Assembly (NCBI GenBank): GCA_905178155.1 | Contig: CAJINV010000026.1 | Location: 1 to 60,621 of the forward strand | Length of the DNA: 60,621 nucleotides | Direction: 5' to 3' | Source: Amoebophrya sp. A120 | Lineage: Eukaryota > Protista > Dinoflagellata | Part shown: one piece after another, positions 1-12,508 of the stretch | Layout of the letters: every line of letters starts with the position of its first letter | Position numbering within the stretch: the first letter of the stretch is position 1 | Program-made: the position numbers and the translations under genes | Notes under the pieces: generated by a model | The model's database searches: none | Told to the model about the DNA's origin: nothing | What the model saw: the letters and a program-made list of their open reading frames with translations, nothing else

Positions 1-253
1 TTTCCGCTTTTGGTCTCCCGGGCGGCTTCTTACCGTTCCGCCAGTTTTGTTTGCAAAAATTTCGCCCCCTTGGCCAAATCAGAAAACCCGCGACGCCCTT
101 TGGCAGTTTCTTTTGCTTTCCAACTGCCGAAGACGGGAAGGGAGGCAACTACAAACCAGGGCCCCCGCCGCAACATTTTTCCGCTTTTGGTCTCCCGGGC
201 GGTTTCTTACCGCTCCGCCAGTTTTGTTTGCAAAAATTCCATCCCCTTGGCCG
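1..253. repeat. ~177-bp-period direct repeat (partial at window edge)
   Basis: TTTCCGCTTTTGGTCTCCCGGGCGG...TTTGCAAAAAT...CCCCTTGGCC occurs at 1 and 178. Confidence 0.8.
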
Positions 254-381
254 AAGCCGCGTCGCCAGCAAATGCTAGGAGTCCCCGCTTGGGGCGGCGG
301 TGCTGTTCCTTGAACCCGGAAGACATTTTCATCCTGATATGCATACTTCGCATCTAATGCAATTTAAAATCAAAATAGAAG

Positions 382-2533
382 TCAGGGAAGGTGGTCATAG
401 TTCGCATATAATCTCGCATGATGCTCGTTATCGTGCTCCAGTGGTTGGGCGGTGGGCGCGGACTCGAATTTCCTCGGGCGCGAGTCGTTGTCACCAACCC
501 GCCCCCTGCTGGTGGTCAGCGGGATTCCGGAGTCCGAAGACGCAGGATCGCCCTCGGCGATAGAAGTAGGCGCAGGAGAGAAGACAGCGCCGGCAGTGGG
601 GGAAGGCGCCTCGGAAGGTGGAGAAGCAGGATCGAGGCGGGGACCCGGCGCTGATGTGTCGTCGTTTTTTTCCCGGAGGATTTTTGCTTGGTGCAACCTG
701 CGAACGGACTCGACTCCGCCCTGATCAACAAACGCTCTGAGCGCGTCCGTGACCGCTCGGCGCGGAACAGACCGGTCCGTGTAGTCACGGCCCGGTCTGA
801 TCTTGTAGACCCGTTTTTTCTCCTTTCCCTTGACTTTTGCAGCTTCGTTGTGCTCCTCCACTACCGGCGATCGCGACGAAGATTGCTCAGCGTCGGTGGA
901 GGTATGTGTGGTCTTCTGCCTATCCGCTGCGAATCTACTGCCTGTTGCGCCCTGGGGTTCTTCGGTCTTGCCAGTCGTAAGGGATGATGTGTTTTTGTTC
1001 CGGAGGATTTTCCTCGCGTCTTCGGTTCGGTCAACCGCCTCCTCGCCCTTGGTGTTGGCGCCTTTGCGGGATGCACATCGTGAGGAAAAATCCCGCCTCC
1101 CCATACTCAAAATGGAATCTTTGTGACACTTGTTTGCGGCCACAGATCATCAGCGTTGGCTTGTGGATAGGGGGAATGGCAGCTGCCACGACGTGGCGCA
1201 TTCCACCGCCAATCTTTCAACATGCGATTTCAACTGCTGTAATCCTGTATACCTATGCCGAATTGCTAGCCTTCTGCATGCCCAACCAGGCTAAGTATGT
1301 GTGTACAGATGTCCTCCAGCAACAGATATGGGGCGGAGGTATTTTGCACTGCGGTAATGTAGACGTCCGCACCTTCTCGGCCACGGCAGCTGCGGCTTCT
1401 TCTTCCGGTAGCTGCGGCTTCTTCTTCGCCCATGGTAGCTGCGGTAATTTTTCGGACGCGAAAACAACCTCCTTCTCTGTGGGGGTTGTGGCCGCGTCCG
1501 CGGCTGCAGAAATCGTGCCTCCTGTCTGTCCCGATGTTGCCACACCTGAAGCGAGATTATGTATAAGGAGAATGAGAGATGCAACACAAAGGAAATATAA
1601 AGAAATCTGCTTTACATGAAATGAGACTTGTACCCGAGAGTAGTAGCAATACGCTCGACCTATTACTTAATAGCCACCCATCCAAATTCAAGAAGGTACG
1701 GCAAGATCAAGATGCGCATGACAAAACCGAAGAGTAGCTACGTACCTTCAGAGCACTCTCCACCTCCGGTGATCGGCGCAGTGCAGCCGGATTCTTCATC
1801 TACGCCGGCGAAAAGCGCTAGACTGCCGTTACCGGCAGAAAAGACCCACCGGTACACAATCCCAAGCGATACCCCGAGGTACAGACCCACGGTGATGACA
1901 AAAAGCGCCGACCAGGTCAAGGAGTTCCACTTCGGTTTTGGGTCTTTGCATTTCACGCCACAGCTTTTGTGCATTGCAAATGTGTCTGGGTCTGGAAGAG
2001 TGCTGCAACTGGTGACGCTGCCTTTGGAATGTGAGAATATACTTGAAATCTGTATTGCATGAATAGCAAAAGCGGTCCAATTTTAGCTCTAATGCGGAAG
2101 AAAGTCATCGCAAAATCTGTACTATTACGGCATACATCAGAGACATTTTTGGCTATGCAAAATGTGCATGACAAAGATGGCACCCTTCCAGACCCAGACA
2201 TATTAGCAGTGGATAGCTTTTCTTGTAGAGCAATTTCGGAATCCGGAAAAACAGGTTGGTGCTCTGCAGTTCCTCCTCGTTCGCCTGTTGCTCCAGTTTT
2301 TCCTTGCGTTTCCGTTCCCTCTCGTACCACTTCTTCCACTTATCTTTCCCGCGCTTCCACTGCGGATTTTTCCTGCCGTTTGGGAAAAACTTCGGCGGAT
2401 TTGGGGGTTCCGGATCATCCACTGCTTCGTTACTTTTGTTCACTGCTCCCGGTACCGCTTTTTTCTCGGAGAAGCGGAAGGGCTCGTCGAGGTAGCAACA
2501 AAACCATCCGAACTCCTTGGCGAAGACGTGCAA
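382..2533 (-). CDS. Hypothetical membrane protein, multi-exon, 5' end unresolved
   Basis: Exons join in frame after removing introners 1968-2215 (LYKKS|CGVK) and 1076-1356 (VRTST|SRKG) and a GT-AG intron 1546-1745. One hydrophobic TM segment (ALFVITVGLYLGVSLGIVY). Confidence 0.7.
1076..1356. mobile_element. TIR introner, family F (degenerate)
   Basis: CATCGTGAGGAAAAATCCCGCCTCCCCATA...TATGGGGCGGAGGTATTTTGCACTGCGGTA; DR ATGCA/ATGTA; frame restored. Confidence 0.75.
1546..1745 (-). other. Canonical GT-AG intron
   Basis: GAAG|GTACGT...TTCAG|GT, phase 1, joins two ORFs in frame. Confidence 0.7.
1968..2215. mobile_element. TIR introner, family A
   Basis: TIR core TGCAAATGTGTCTGGGTCTGGAAG...CTTCCAGACCCAGACA; perfect DR GCTTT. 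Confidence 0.9.
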
Positions 2534-2802
2534 GTAGTGGGCGTAGCCGACCAGGTGCTTACGATTATGGCAGCGGAACGGAGAGTCAACGCGAGTTTTT
2601 TGTGTTGCGCCTCGCGAAGTGAAAGGGAGTTTGTTTCTACTAGAAGACGAGGCGCATTCATGATCATGAAATTTTCATCTCGTATAGATTTTATTGCTCC
2701 GTACATTTGCACCAGACAACTGGCTGGTAAATCAATAGCACTTGAGTAGCAGCCTGAAAGATCTAGCTACAAATGCACGGCACACGATCAAGACGAGCTA
2801 TG

Positions 2803-4986
2803 CTAACTAGAAAGAACTGAGAGACTAACAACACAAAAAAAAGCGGCCCGACTCGAAGATTGTGCAGCATAGCCCTCCTCATCGTCTTCGACCTGGTTTT
2901 CCGCCTCGTTTTGCTGCTCGTGGTTGGCTTGCTATCAAATGCAAATATGTTTGTGTCTGGAAGGATGCAAGGTTTGTCATGCTTGTCTGGCACGACTGAA
3001 GAGTTTGCGACGCGTGCCCAAGAAGAGATCCTTTTACTTGTCATGCAGAATCAGAAACACAGTTTGTCATGCGGAAAGCGCAATACTAGGGGTAGGGACC
3101 GCAGATGCTTCTCATCCTTGGGTGTGCATTACAGAACATACAAATATTCACAACCCAGCAATACAAGTATCCAGACCCAGACATATTTGCAGTTCATACT
3201 TCCTCGTCGTTGTCGATCTCGTCCACGTCCTCGTCTATCCTATGTAAAAACATCCCCGCACCAGAGTCAAGATGGGTAATCTGCTAGACAAATCAACCAG
3301 CTTTGGTTGTTTTGCATGACAAATTTGGACCCCGTAGTGTAATCCTTTTTAGCTAGCTCCAGCAGCATCACAATATCTTCATGCTGATTTTAGCATCACA
3401 AATTCCAAAACGGGATTAGAAAATGGCTCTCAAGGGGCTCCGCATGAAAAACTTTTTTGGCATGCAGATTTGCATGACAAATCTGGGGTGGGGACGTTTT
3501 TTACTCAGGATATCGTCCTCCTCGTCTTCTTCCTCGTCGTCGCTAGCGTTGTCATCCTCGTCCCCGTGTTATGCGTTGCAAATGGGTCCGGGTCTGGAAG
3601 GATGGAACGAAGTTGTCATGCGAATTGTGGAGGGCACAAAAAGAAAAATTTGTGTTGCGTGAGCACCAATAGTTGCCAGTTTCTTGCGAAGCAAAGATCC
3701 AACTTCTCATGCGGTCATAGGCATTGGACATGCGCAAGACCTGTATTGCTTTTGTATTTGTCTGCATTCCAGGTCTTCAAATATGTGGAATGGATGTGGT
3801 GCAGAAGATACATGACAAATAACATAGTCGCATATTTCCAGAAGACAGACATATTTGCAGTTGATACCTCCTCTTCTTCGGCGTTGTCATCCTCCTCCAC
3901 AATGTCGAACTCATCAGCGTATGGAATGCAAATATGTCTGGGTCTGGAAGCTTCGGAGACTTGTCATGCACGTTCTGCATGAGCCGTTGCTGTGATGTTT
4001 GTGATGCATGCGCATGCCCTAGCATCACAGTTTTTTTCAGGGCTTCTTTATGCCTATTCCGCATGACGCATGTTGCCCTTTCCGCGGTGCAAATATTAAG
4101 TACACTCCTTTCACTGCTCACGCAAAAATGCAGATTTCAATCTTTTTGGAATCGAAATGCAGCATCACAAGTTGCCTTCTTCCAGAACCAGACATATTTG
4201 CACCCAATACAGCGTCGCCATTTAGTTGTAGGTTGTCGTTCCCGGCCGCGTGGTGCATCTTGTATTTCATCGCCTTCATCGACGGCTATCATGCGAAAAT
4301 TGCGCGTTTTGCTTTGCTCATAAAGGTAAAAATGCCACCGGTCGTAAGGGGAGAACATGCAAAGCAGTTCTCGCGCAAAATGCAACTATTGCAAACTCGA
4401 TGTATTGCAGATGAAGTCAAGTTATGAACTGGCGTAAGCAAGCCCTTTCTTAATACTATTGCCGTCCCCCCTCTGGTATTTTTTTTTCTTTTTTACCTTT
4501 ATCACCAAGCCTTCCACGTTTCAAGAGCTGCAAGATCAGAATAATAGTAAACCAAAATAGTTGCCGCGGGTCCTGTTGTCATGCTGATTCGAATCACTTG
4601 TAGCTCCTTCATATAGTGGTGGAGTGACAAATTCGGAAAAGCATTTTTTGCGCAGTCTTCATCATGGATAGCATGGCCACCACTTTCTTCCCCTTGCTTT
4701 TGGCGCTGCCACTTACACCAATCGCCTTCATCAGCACCTTGGAGCCCACAACTACTAGTTTTTTCATCGCTACTTTCACTGCTGCAACCGGGCCCGCCGC
4801 CGCGTTCTTCTTATTTGCCGATGCTTTTCCTGTAGACGAGACTGCCGTGGCCTTTTTCATGGCTAGGAGAGAGGACGCTGGGGCAGATGCTGAGGAGGAC
4901 TTTTTCATTGCAGTTGAGGCCGAAATTCTTTTTGCGACAGCCCCGTTGCCACCCCGGCTTTGCGACCCGTTCTTTTTTGGCGCCAT
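2803..4986 (-). CDS. Hypothetical protein with basic K/A/M-rich N-terminus and D/E-rich C-terminus; 5 introners
   Basis: MAPKK...AMKK...MKAMKYKMHH...DADEFDIVEEDD...EDDEEG reads in one frame after removing five elements plus 5 nt each. It may splice on into the 382-2533 gene. Confidence 0.7.
2933..3198. mobile_element. TIR introner, family A
   Basis: TATCAAATGCAAATATG...CATATTTGCAGTTCATA; DR CTTGC/CTTCC. Confidence 0.9.
3236..3512. mobile_element. TIR introner, family B
   Basis: TATCCTATGTAAAAACATCCCC...GGGGACGTTTTTTACTCAGGATA; perfect DR TCGTC. Confidence 0.9.
3570..3866. mobile_element. TIR introner, family A
   Basis: Family A TIRs; DR decayed (CGTGT/CCTCC) but 5-nt removal restores the acidic frame. 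Confidence 0.85.
3920..4209. mobile_element. TIR introner, family A
   Basis: Family A TIRs; perfect DR CAGCG. Confidence 0.9.
4287..4670. mobile_element. Degenerate TIR introner
   Basis: TATC...GATA ends with weak inverted similarity; removal joins VVAM|PMKAMK in frame. Confidence 0.55.
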
Positions 4987-6951
4987 GTTACCGGATTGAT
5001 CTGTCTTACAGGTTCTGCGGGGACGAGAGGGAGAATCCGTGTTGCTACTGCTAGGCACCACAGCACGATGGCCGCTCAGGAACAGTCGCTGACGTTAGCA
5101 CGGTAAGCAGCCGCAAGCAGCCACGCTACGACCTACTTGCAGGCCCTCGGTATTGTAGATCTACTTTATCAACTCGGCACTGGATGCTTCTTCAACGTCT
5201 AGAAATTACTGAGTAGTACGATACTGACTTCAAAGAAACGAAGTGGAAGCTTCCATAAATATTTACCGTACCGCTAACGCTAGGTGGAGGTTGGTCACAA
5301 TGCGGTAGTTACTGAGAGATGAATATGACTCGTTCCCAGTCAAGAATAACTGGAATGCTGCATCAAGCTCAACCTCCTCAACCTCACCGGAGATGCTAAG
5401 TAAGTAATAGCCTTAAACTTAGGGGTACTACTTGTGGGCCATTACCAGCTCCGTCCTCGGGGGAAAGTTAAATTCTTCATTCTATTGTTTTTTCCTTCGG
5501 TGATAAAGACCCCTAGGGGAATGGCTGCTCACAAAGTGCTGTAAAAATGCTATACTTTCTTAAACTCACAGCCTTATGATGAAGAAGAAGTGAATACAAT
5601 TTAGTAGTCCTCCAAAATGTCGCATCTTGACAATCCATACTGAGGGTAGCAACGGACCTCTCTTAGCTTTGCGCAAAAAAACTGACTTGTGCTGTCTCTC
5701 CGTATCTGTACTTTGCAACCGTGCACAAAACAATGCATCTCCCTCAATGAGCCCACTTCAGACACTTCCCCATTACGGCAAAGGAGTTCTTATCTAGAGC
5801 GCACGCAGTCTGTTCAGCGTACAAGTCAGCCGACGTTGCGACAGAGAAAAAACTCAATTAAACCTATGCCTTGACAGAAAAGGTATAACCGACGAAGCTG
5901 ACTGAGAGGCAATGACACCAACAAGAAGAGAACCAGCAATACTTACGCTCCTAAAGATGTTGCGTGCAAGATAAACGAGAAAAAACACAAAGCACCGACA
6001 ACTCGTCATCGTGATTCAGATAGACAGAGAATGATATCACAAATAGTATCCCAAAAAAGCGTTACCGACAAGCTAGCAGGAATGCTTTTCCGACTTCTGT
6101 ATTGCGTGAACATAAACGGGAGGAAAAAACGCGAGCTGGGGCCGGCCACACTAGTACTCAAAGAAGCAACTGCCGGCAACCCCGCGGTCGAATCGATTTT
6201 GCATTAAAGTATAATTCCAGTTGGACGCTTCGGCTTTTTGCGTTTTGCGGAGGTTTAATAGAAGAAGATACAACATTGGTCGTGCGAGGTTTCTTTGCAT
6301 AAAAACAACACAGTAGTCGTGAACGCTTATGATAAAAGAATGATTGATAGTGAATGAAATACGTAGAACTAGAATCGATTGCATGTAAAAAAAAGAACTC
6401 AGCATGTAGGACATTGTCGTTTTGAAAAAGACTATCGGGCCAAAAATGGGACCTTGTATGTCCTGCACCCTGCATGCATGATGCGTGAAGTAGGTTTATT
6501 TTTTTTGCGGAAAACTGTGTACTATTTCGATGTCTGATGCCTAGGCCGAGGCATTGACGGTCAGGGATGAAGTTTTGAAATTGCCCCTCTTGCCGAACCG
6601 ACAGTAGCCGCTAACGACAAAAAACGTCCATCCTCGATCGGATTCCTGTGCACTACGACCGCATCTGCGAGAGGTTGCTGCGTTCTGGCTGTTGGCGTCG
6701 TAGCTAATGGGTTTGGTCTGTCAGCCGCAGCCCATGGAGTCCACCACACTTACCGCCCCATGAGATGTAGAAGAAGAATTGGTCCCTGGGATGTTGTGCA
6801 GGCGTCGAAGAAGAAGACGACGACTGGCGGCAGCGTGCACGACGGTAGGCGGGACAGTGTCTAGGACGATCTATCAGTTGGCAGCTTTCTGCGTACTGAA
6901 GTGAAGTAATCATGGGCGGCAGCAAGCTCGGCCGTCACACGACCAGACTAC

Positions 6952-7827
6952 TTACGCGACGACCTCGTTATCAGTCGACGCACCGACAGATTTCTGGACC
7001 CGCCCCGTCTCCGTTTGCTTCTGCGATTCATCACCCATGCTGAGCTCGGAGTCGCGCTTCTCCTTGTTCTTCTTGAACCGGGCGGGGGCAAGCTGATCTC
7101 GCAGCAGGTTCGCACCATCTTCGGGAAAATCGGACGGCGAGTGCTCCTCGCCTTTGATTTCGTCTTTTTCCACTATACTGCTCGTTTCGTTCGATTTGAT
7201 CAGGTAGTTGCCAATCCATTCGTACATCGCGTGAGCCGTTTCGATGTTCCGCACTCTCGGCGCCAGGGTATTGTTGATTTCGTTCAGGTCCTGGCCCAGT
7301 TTCTCGATTTCCTGCTTGGACTCATATCGCAAATTGCCTTCGGCTTCTTTCAGTGTGCGAAATTCGTCCCAGAGATTATTCAACGCCGCCTTGATTTCGC
7401 ACAAGGGCACGATGCGCGGTAGGGGCGTGAAGAGGACCGAGGGGCGTCGTGCGTGATAGGCGATGTTGTTGCGTGCCATGAAGTTCTGCACGCACTTCTC
7501 CTCCGCGACGTCGTAGGCCAGGGGAGTCGAAGTGGAAATTTTATTGGACGCAGTAGAAGTGGAGATCTTGTTTTCGTCGTTAAATTCGGACTGCGGTTTG
7601 ATCTCCACTGCAGAAGATGTTGACGCAGCTCCCATCCCGACAACGCCGTCGCCCGCCCCCGAGTCTGTCGGGATGAGGTGTGAAAGATGCCACCACGCCT
7701 GGGGCTCTTTCTCACTTTTGATCTTGTTCTTCGCGACGTCGTAAAACCCCGTATCGTTTCCGTTCCAAAACTGCATCCACGTCGCCCGGTCCTGGATGTG
7801 CACCATCGTGCTTGTTCTTTTCCTCAC
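6952..7827 (-). CDS. Hypothetical protein with a coiled-coil-like segment
   Basis: 291-aa uninterrupted ORF with protein-like composition; no family recognised; start uncertain. Confidence 0.6.
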   Translation of the reverse strand: MRKRTSTMVHIQDRATWMQFWNGNDTGFYDVAKNKIKSEKEPQAWWHLSHLIPTDSGAGDGVVGMGAASTSSAVEIKPQSEFNDENKISTSTASNKISTSTPLAYDVAEEKCVQNFMARNNIAYHARRPSVLFTPLPRIVPLCEIKAALNNLWDEFRTLKEAEGNLRYESKQEIEKLGQDLNEINNTLAPRVRNIETAHAMYEWIGNYLIKSNETSSIVEKDEIKGEEHSPSDFPEDGANLLRDQLAPARFKKNKEKRDSELSMGDESQKQTETGRVQKSVGASTDNEVVA

Positions 7828-8603
7828 TTCCAGCGGGGTCCGTTCAAAGACCTTGCGGCCAACAAAACTCAGCGTCTCATTTACCTGAGAATTATGTCGG
7901 TCTCAACATGGTTCAGTTTATTCAAACACAACGCAAAAAGTCTCGTGAGAAGATGAAAGCGCTTTGTACTTGTTGCGGCGTTGCATAAATATTCCTATCC
8001 GCCTCCTGTACTTACTCGTTGACGCAGAAAAGTGAAGCATCGAACCAAGTTGCGAATTTAGATACTTATTTTCTATACCCCGGCGAGAGTGGTGTTCGTC
8101 GCCTTGTGCCAGGTCTCATGCGTTGAAAAGCGTTCCTCCATCACAGTTGCATATGCAATAGAAATTCGCCTGAGCGTCCTGGATTAGCGATGCGCGTGCT
8201 GTACTCAAACTCATCACGCGAACAATAATATAACGCATGAATTCCATTAACCAGTGCCAGAATGTTCTTTTGTAATGCTGGAACCAATGTTCCTTCCTTC
8301 AGCGAATTTGTATGGGACTAATATCATGACGTCCTTACAAATTGAATTTTGAATACGAGCAATGGCTAGCTGTGATGTGCAAGCCGATTTTCTTTTTTTT
8401 GATATTGAATTTGTCAGGACGTCGTTGTAATAGTAAACATCAAGATCAACTGAAGCATGCTTATAAAAATGATCCGAAAAAAGTTTGTCATGTTGACACA
8501 CCGGACGCGAGAAGGGTAAGTTCCCGGCTCGGGCACGCGAGGATCAACATGACAACCATGTGCATCTTGATCTTTCCAGGCTCAGACAACTCTCTAGTTG
8601 ATA

Positions 8604-10132
8604 CCCAGTTCTTTTCCATCACGGAGGAGAGTGCGGGCGTATCAAATGCAAATACTTATGCCTGGGTCGGAAACACTGCATCTTGTCACACTAGGGCGGC
8701 GGCTGGATGATCGTACGGCTACAGAAATCTGCGTTGCGTGACCGCCAAAACTTACCCACATCCTACGCAGAGAGCGAATTCCCGTACGAATTTTTTGGCA
8801 TGAAGGATTTCCCATGCAATCTGTGATGCATCTTTGCGCATTCGATTTCCAGACCACCTGCCTGGGGCTGGACGCTGGTCCAGGAAATGCATGAGAGGTG
8901 GAAGGCGCACTCTTCCAGGCCCAGACATATTTGCACGCGATAGAGCATCTGCGTTGTTAACTCGGAGTGGAGTGTGTGTGCCTCGGTCGTACCGCGATGG
9001 TAACCCGAATTATATGCGAACCATACGACCTATCCACCGTAAGCAGGCCAGCCTGCGATCCGGAAGTGATGCAATGAAATTTGTCCAGCTAAATTTGTAA
9101 TGGTCGGGTGATATCGCAGACAAAAATGTGATACGCAGGCAGTGAATTCGCTGAAACAGACAGGTACTCGAAAACCATCATCAACATCAGCAAACTCATC
9201 TGCGGCGCAACTTCTTGCCCAACAAAATTACGAGCTGAGGACCATGCACATAGAGAGTCTCGCAGCCACTGCAAATAGGCTGCCGAAATTACCTCATTGC
9301 ATTTCCATCCAAGCCCAAACTGACGTGTTTCCAGTGAATACGAGCAGGATCCCAATCTTAAAATCTTCGAGTACTATTGTTATTGGTGCAGCATCGAAAA
9401 TGGGGCACTGACTTTCCGGCTGTATCTGTCATGCTAGATCCACAAGACAATGCATCCATTCACATATAAATATTCCGAGTCTGTGCCTCAGGCTCATCTG
9501 TTCAAATTAACGTCGCACGCATGGTCGTGTCCCGCAGCCGGGGAAACAGGAACAGAAGAAAAGCGAATAGGATTCTCGCAACCAACATGCATCATGGTTG
9601 GTCCTCTGGCCAATTTCCTCGAGATTCTTTTCCAATCATAATTAGTGCTAGTCCAAAGAACACCAACACTCCTGCCAGTGCGAGTATCCAACAGTGCTGC
9701 TGTTATGAGAGTGCAGCACCCCACTCACCCTTAGTCTTATTTGTATATGCAAATACCTAGCCAAATTCACACTGAGTATCTATCCGTTGCTTTGCTCTGC
9801 CACAGTTCGCATGACAAGTCACGAAAAGACCCTGAGCGGTGCTTTTTTAAGTCTACGCAAGAGATTTCCATGCACGGGTCCACGATAAGTAAACCACCCC
9901 CGCGCTTCTATTCCAGCTCAACACGTTTCCGCTCAAATAAAGGGCGGGAAAGTGTTCTTGCGCACTCTCATATCGACCGGGTTTCGCGCCTGAGCTCCTC
10001 CTTGGCCGTCTTATAGGCTGTCTGCGCAGCCAGGCTTACGCGTCTGGTCGCGTTTTCGCGGACCGCATCGACTGCTGCCTCGAGCTCCTTGCGCTTTTCC
10101 GAGCGGCTAGTCGAAGAAGTCGCAAGAGCCAT
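8604..10132 (-). CDS. Small hypothetical membrane protein, 3' end unresolved
   Basis: MALATSS...RETRS|KHCWILALAGVLVFFGLALI|VLEDFKIGILL|VWFAYNSGY...QML|ALSSVMEKNW, assembled by removing four elements plus 5 nt each. Confidence 0.6.
8640..8942. mobile_element. TIR introner, family A
   Basis: TATCAAATGCAAATA...CCCAGACATATTTGCACGCGATA; DR GGGCG/GAGCA. Confidence 0.8.
9031..9340. mobile_element. Degenerate TIR introner (family A-like)
   Basis: TATCCAC...GTGAATA; DR CGACC/CGAGC; frame restored. Confidence 0.6.
9381..9640. mobile_element. Highly degenerate introner
   Basis: TATTGG...CAATCATA; DR ATTGT/ATTAG; frame restored. Confidence 0.45.
9704..9972. mobile_element. TIR introner, family E
   Basis: TATGAGAGTGCA...CGCACTCTCATA; DR not recognisable; 5-nt rule restores the frame. 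Confidence 0.7.
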
Positions 10133-10835
10133 TTTTTTTGGTGGTGGAAACGAAAAGAAGCCTTGATCTGTATGACTTTGGGAACGTAGCTGCGTCGATC
10201 CTTAGCTCAAGAAACTGGACCAAAACCGGAAAAAACTAACCAAAAAAACGTTGGGGTCCTCGTCGAATGTGATTCAGTTTTTCGTCCCACATTTAACGGC
10301 ACTGAACACGAAGAACGAAACGCAGTTGTACTGCTCTTCTACTGGAGGACAGGTGTTGATCACTGTCGTGTCATACTCCTGTAACAAAAACGAGTACAGG
10401 AGCCGCCACGTAGTTATTTCATCGTAGAAAACAAAAGGACTGTTTCTTCGTCGACGTCGTTGTGTCGGAATCTGTACAAAGGTTCAGGTAGATCAGCAAC
10501 AATGTGCCGTTGTGCACATGATCTTCTTATTGACAGCGCTAGCAGTTATTTCTTCGCAACTATAATTCTCGTTTAGAGTTTCATCTTTGTGCTCGATGCC
10601 CTAGATCCATATATTAAGTAATTTCTTCGATGACGCCCCTCGCGGGAACAAACATTGCCCTCATTTGCCCGATGACTTTCTTCGCGGGATGACAACATTC
10701 CCATGTGCGCCGCTGCATTGTAAAACCGTAGTCTGGGGGGCCGCTGCGAGGAAACGGCGGGCCGCCACACTGTTGCTCTACTGTTGATGCAGCTCGGGGT
10801 CGGGAAAGATTTACGGAAGATGAAAAAAAAAAAAA

Positions 10836-12508
10836 TCATCGTGGAAGATCCTGTTCACGACGGATTTGCAGTTGGTGGTCTGCCAGGGGATGCGAGCGAA
10901 CTCTGCTGCGGCTCTACCTCCTGTTCGAGATATGCAATGCAAATGTGTCTGGGTCTGGAAGAGCGCAAACTTGTGATGCGGGTTTACTTATCCTGGGACT
11001 CACAAAAACATGTGCTGCTGTAGTAAGGAACACAAGACGCACGACGTCCCGATGCGGAACTACACTCTTGTTTCCCCACTAGCGCCAGTAGGGATGGGAA
11101 TAAAGTCCCAGCGTGAAGACCCTGCCCCCACGCGCGGCCCTTGTCATTTGTCATGCAGATTATAGCGAAGGAAACAAATGCAAATGCATCCGCAGATTTT
11201 GTCATGCTCCGTGTGCTTTCTAGAGGACTTTTTCGCAGGTAGAAAAATTGCATGACAGGCGTCTGCTGTAGTCTTCCAGACCAAGACATATTTGCACTCG
11301 ATACGGGTTGGTCTTGGATAATTTTCAAGGCTTGCTGCTCCTCGGTCATCGCCTCGTCCGTCAGCGCCAGCTTTCATCCCGTGAAAAAACAATGCCCCCA
11401 CCTCAGAGGCAGAGCAAATTTGGGATGCAATATTTGCTAGACAACAAAGCATAGTCAACAAGTTTTGCTTTTGCGCATGACAAGTTTGGGCTCGCTAATA
11501 TGTAGTAACGTTTAGCTAGCGCAGCGGCTTTACACAAGTACTTTCTCGTGCTGATTCGGGCATGGCAAGTTTCAAAGCGAAAACCGAACTAGGAAATCGT
11601 ACTCATGGTGCTGCGCATGACGAGAAAGTAAGACTTAGACTTCAAGTTCAAGCATGCAGATCAGCATGACAAGTCTCGGGTGGGGGCGTTTTGTTTATTC
11701 AGGATAGCGTTTTCACAAGCAGTATCGCGTGGTCCAGGCCCATATCCTGTGCAAAAGCATCGCGCTCGTAGTAAATTGCAGTCATGCGTTACAATTCTTT
11801 TTCTTACGGTAAATCCGCATTGTACAAATTTTATTTTGCATGCTGAGAAAATTTGTCATGCAACATTATACGAGTGCTATACATTTGCAACTCATAGTCC
11901 TTTCCAAGCGTATCGATCTCGTTCTCCTTCTCGGTTCCCAATGTGGTAAGCTTGCTCTCGAGAGCTGCGATCTCCTTGTCTTTCTCTTTCTTCGTCGCTT
12001 GATGCTGCTGCTCGAGCTTGTTCTTAGCGTCAGTTTGGAGACTAGTTTGCTCTTCTGCAGCGGCCACTCTCTTCGCGAGATCTGCGATCTCCTTGTCTTT
12101 CTCTTTCTTCGTCGCTTGATGCTGCTGCTCGAGCTTGTTCTTAGCGTCAGTTTGGAGACTAGTTTGCTCTTCTGCAGCGGCCACTCTCTTCGCGAGATCT
12201 GCGATCTCCTGGTCTTTCTCTTCGTTCACCGCTTGAAGCTGCTGCTCGAGCTCGACGATCTTCTTTTGTGCCTCTTTCTTTTCGAGCTCGGCGACCTTCG
12301 TGAGTACCTCCTCTTCCTCTGCGGCCTTTCGACGATCTTCAGCGGCGGCGACCTTCTGCACGTGGATTTTCGTGATTAACTCTACATTCTCCGTTTTCGC
12401 CTTGGCCAACCGGTCCTCCAGGTCTTTGGCCGTCTTCTCCATGAGTGCCGTCGTATTTCCGCTATTCCGTGCCCGAAAAGCTAAGCACCAGACTCGCAGG
12501 ACTTGCAA
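10836..12508 (-). CDS. Coiled-coil hypothetical protein (3' part; further exons probable up to ~13820)
   Basis: E/K/Q/A-rich frame continues LGKD|LDHAILLVKT|LALTDEAM...DQP|EQEVE across three introners to TGA at 10836. Confidence 0.7.
10931..11303. mobile_element. TIR introner, family A
   Basis: Family A TIRs; DR CGAGA/CGGGT. Confidence 0.88.
11375..11706. mobile_element. TIR introner, family B
   Basis: CATCCCGTGAAAAAAC...GGGGGCGTTTTGTTTATTCAGGATA; DR GCTTT/GCGTT. Confidence 0.82.
11743..11896. mobile_element. TIR introner, family C
   Basis: TATCCTGTGCAAAAGCATCG...TTTGCAACTCATA; DR GCCCA/GTCCT. Confidence 0.82.
11965..12210. repeat. 117-bp coding tandem duplication (39 aa)
   Basis: EIADLAKRVAAAEEQTSLQTDAKNKLEQQHQATKKEKDK occurs twice, essentially identical. 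Confidence 0.9.
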
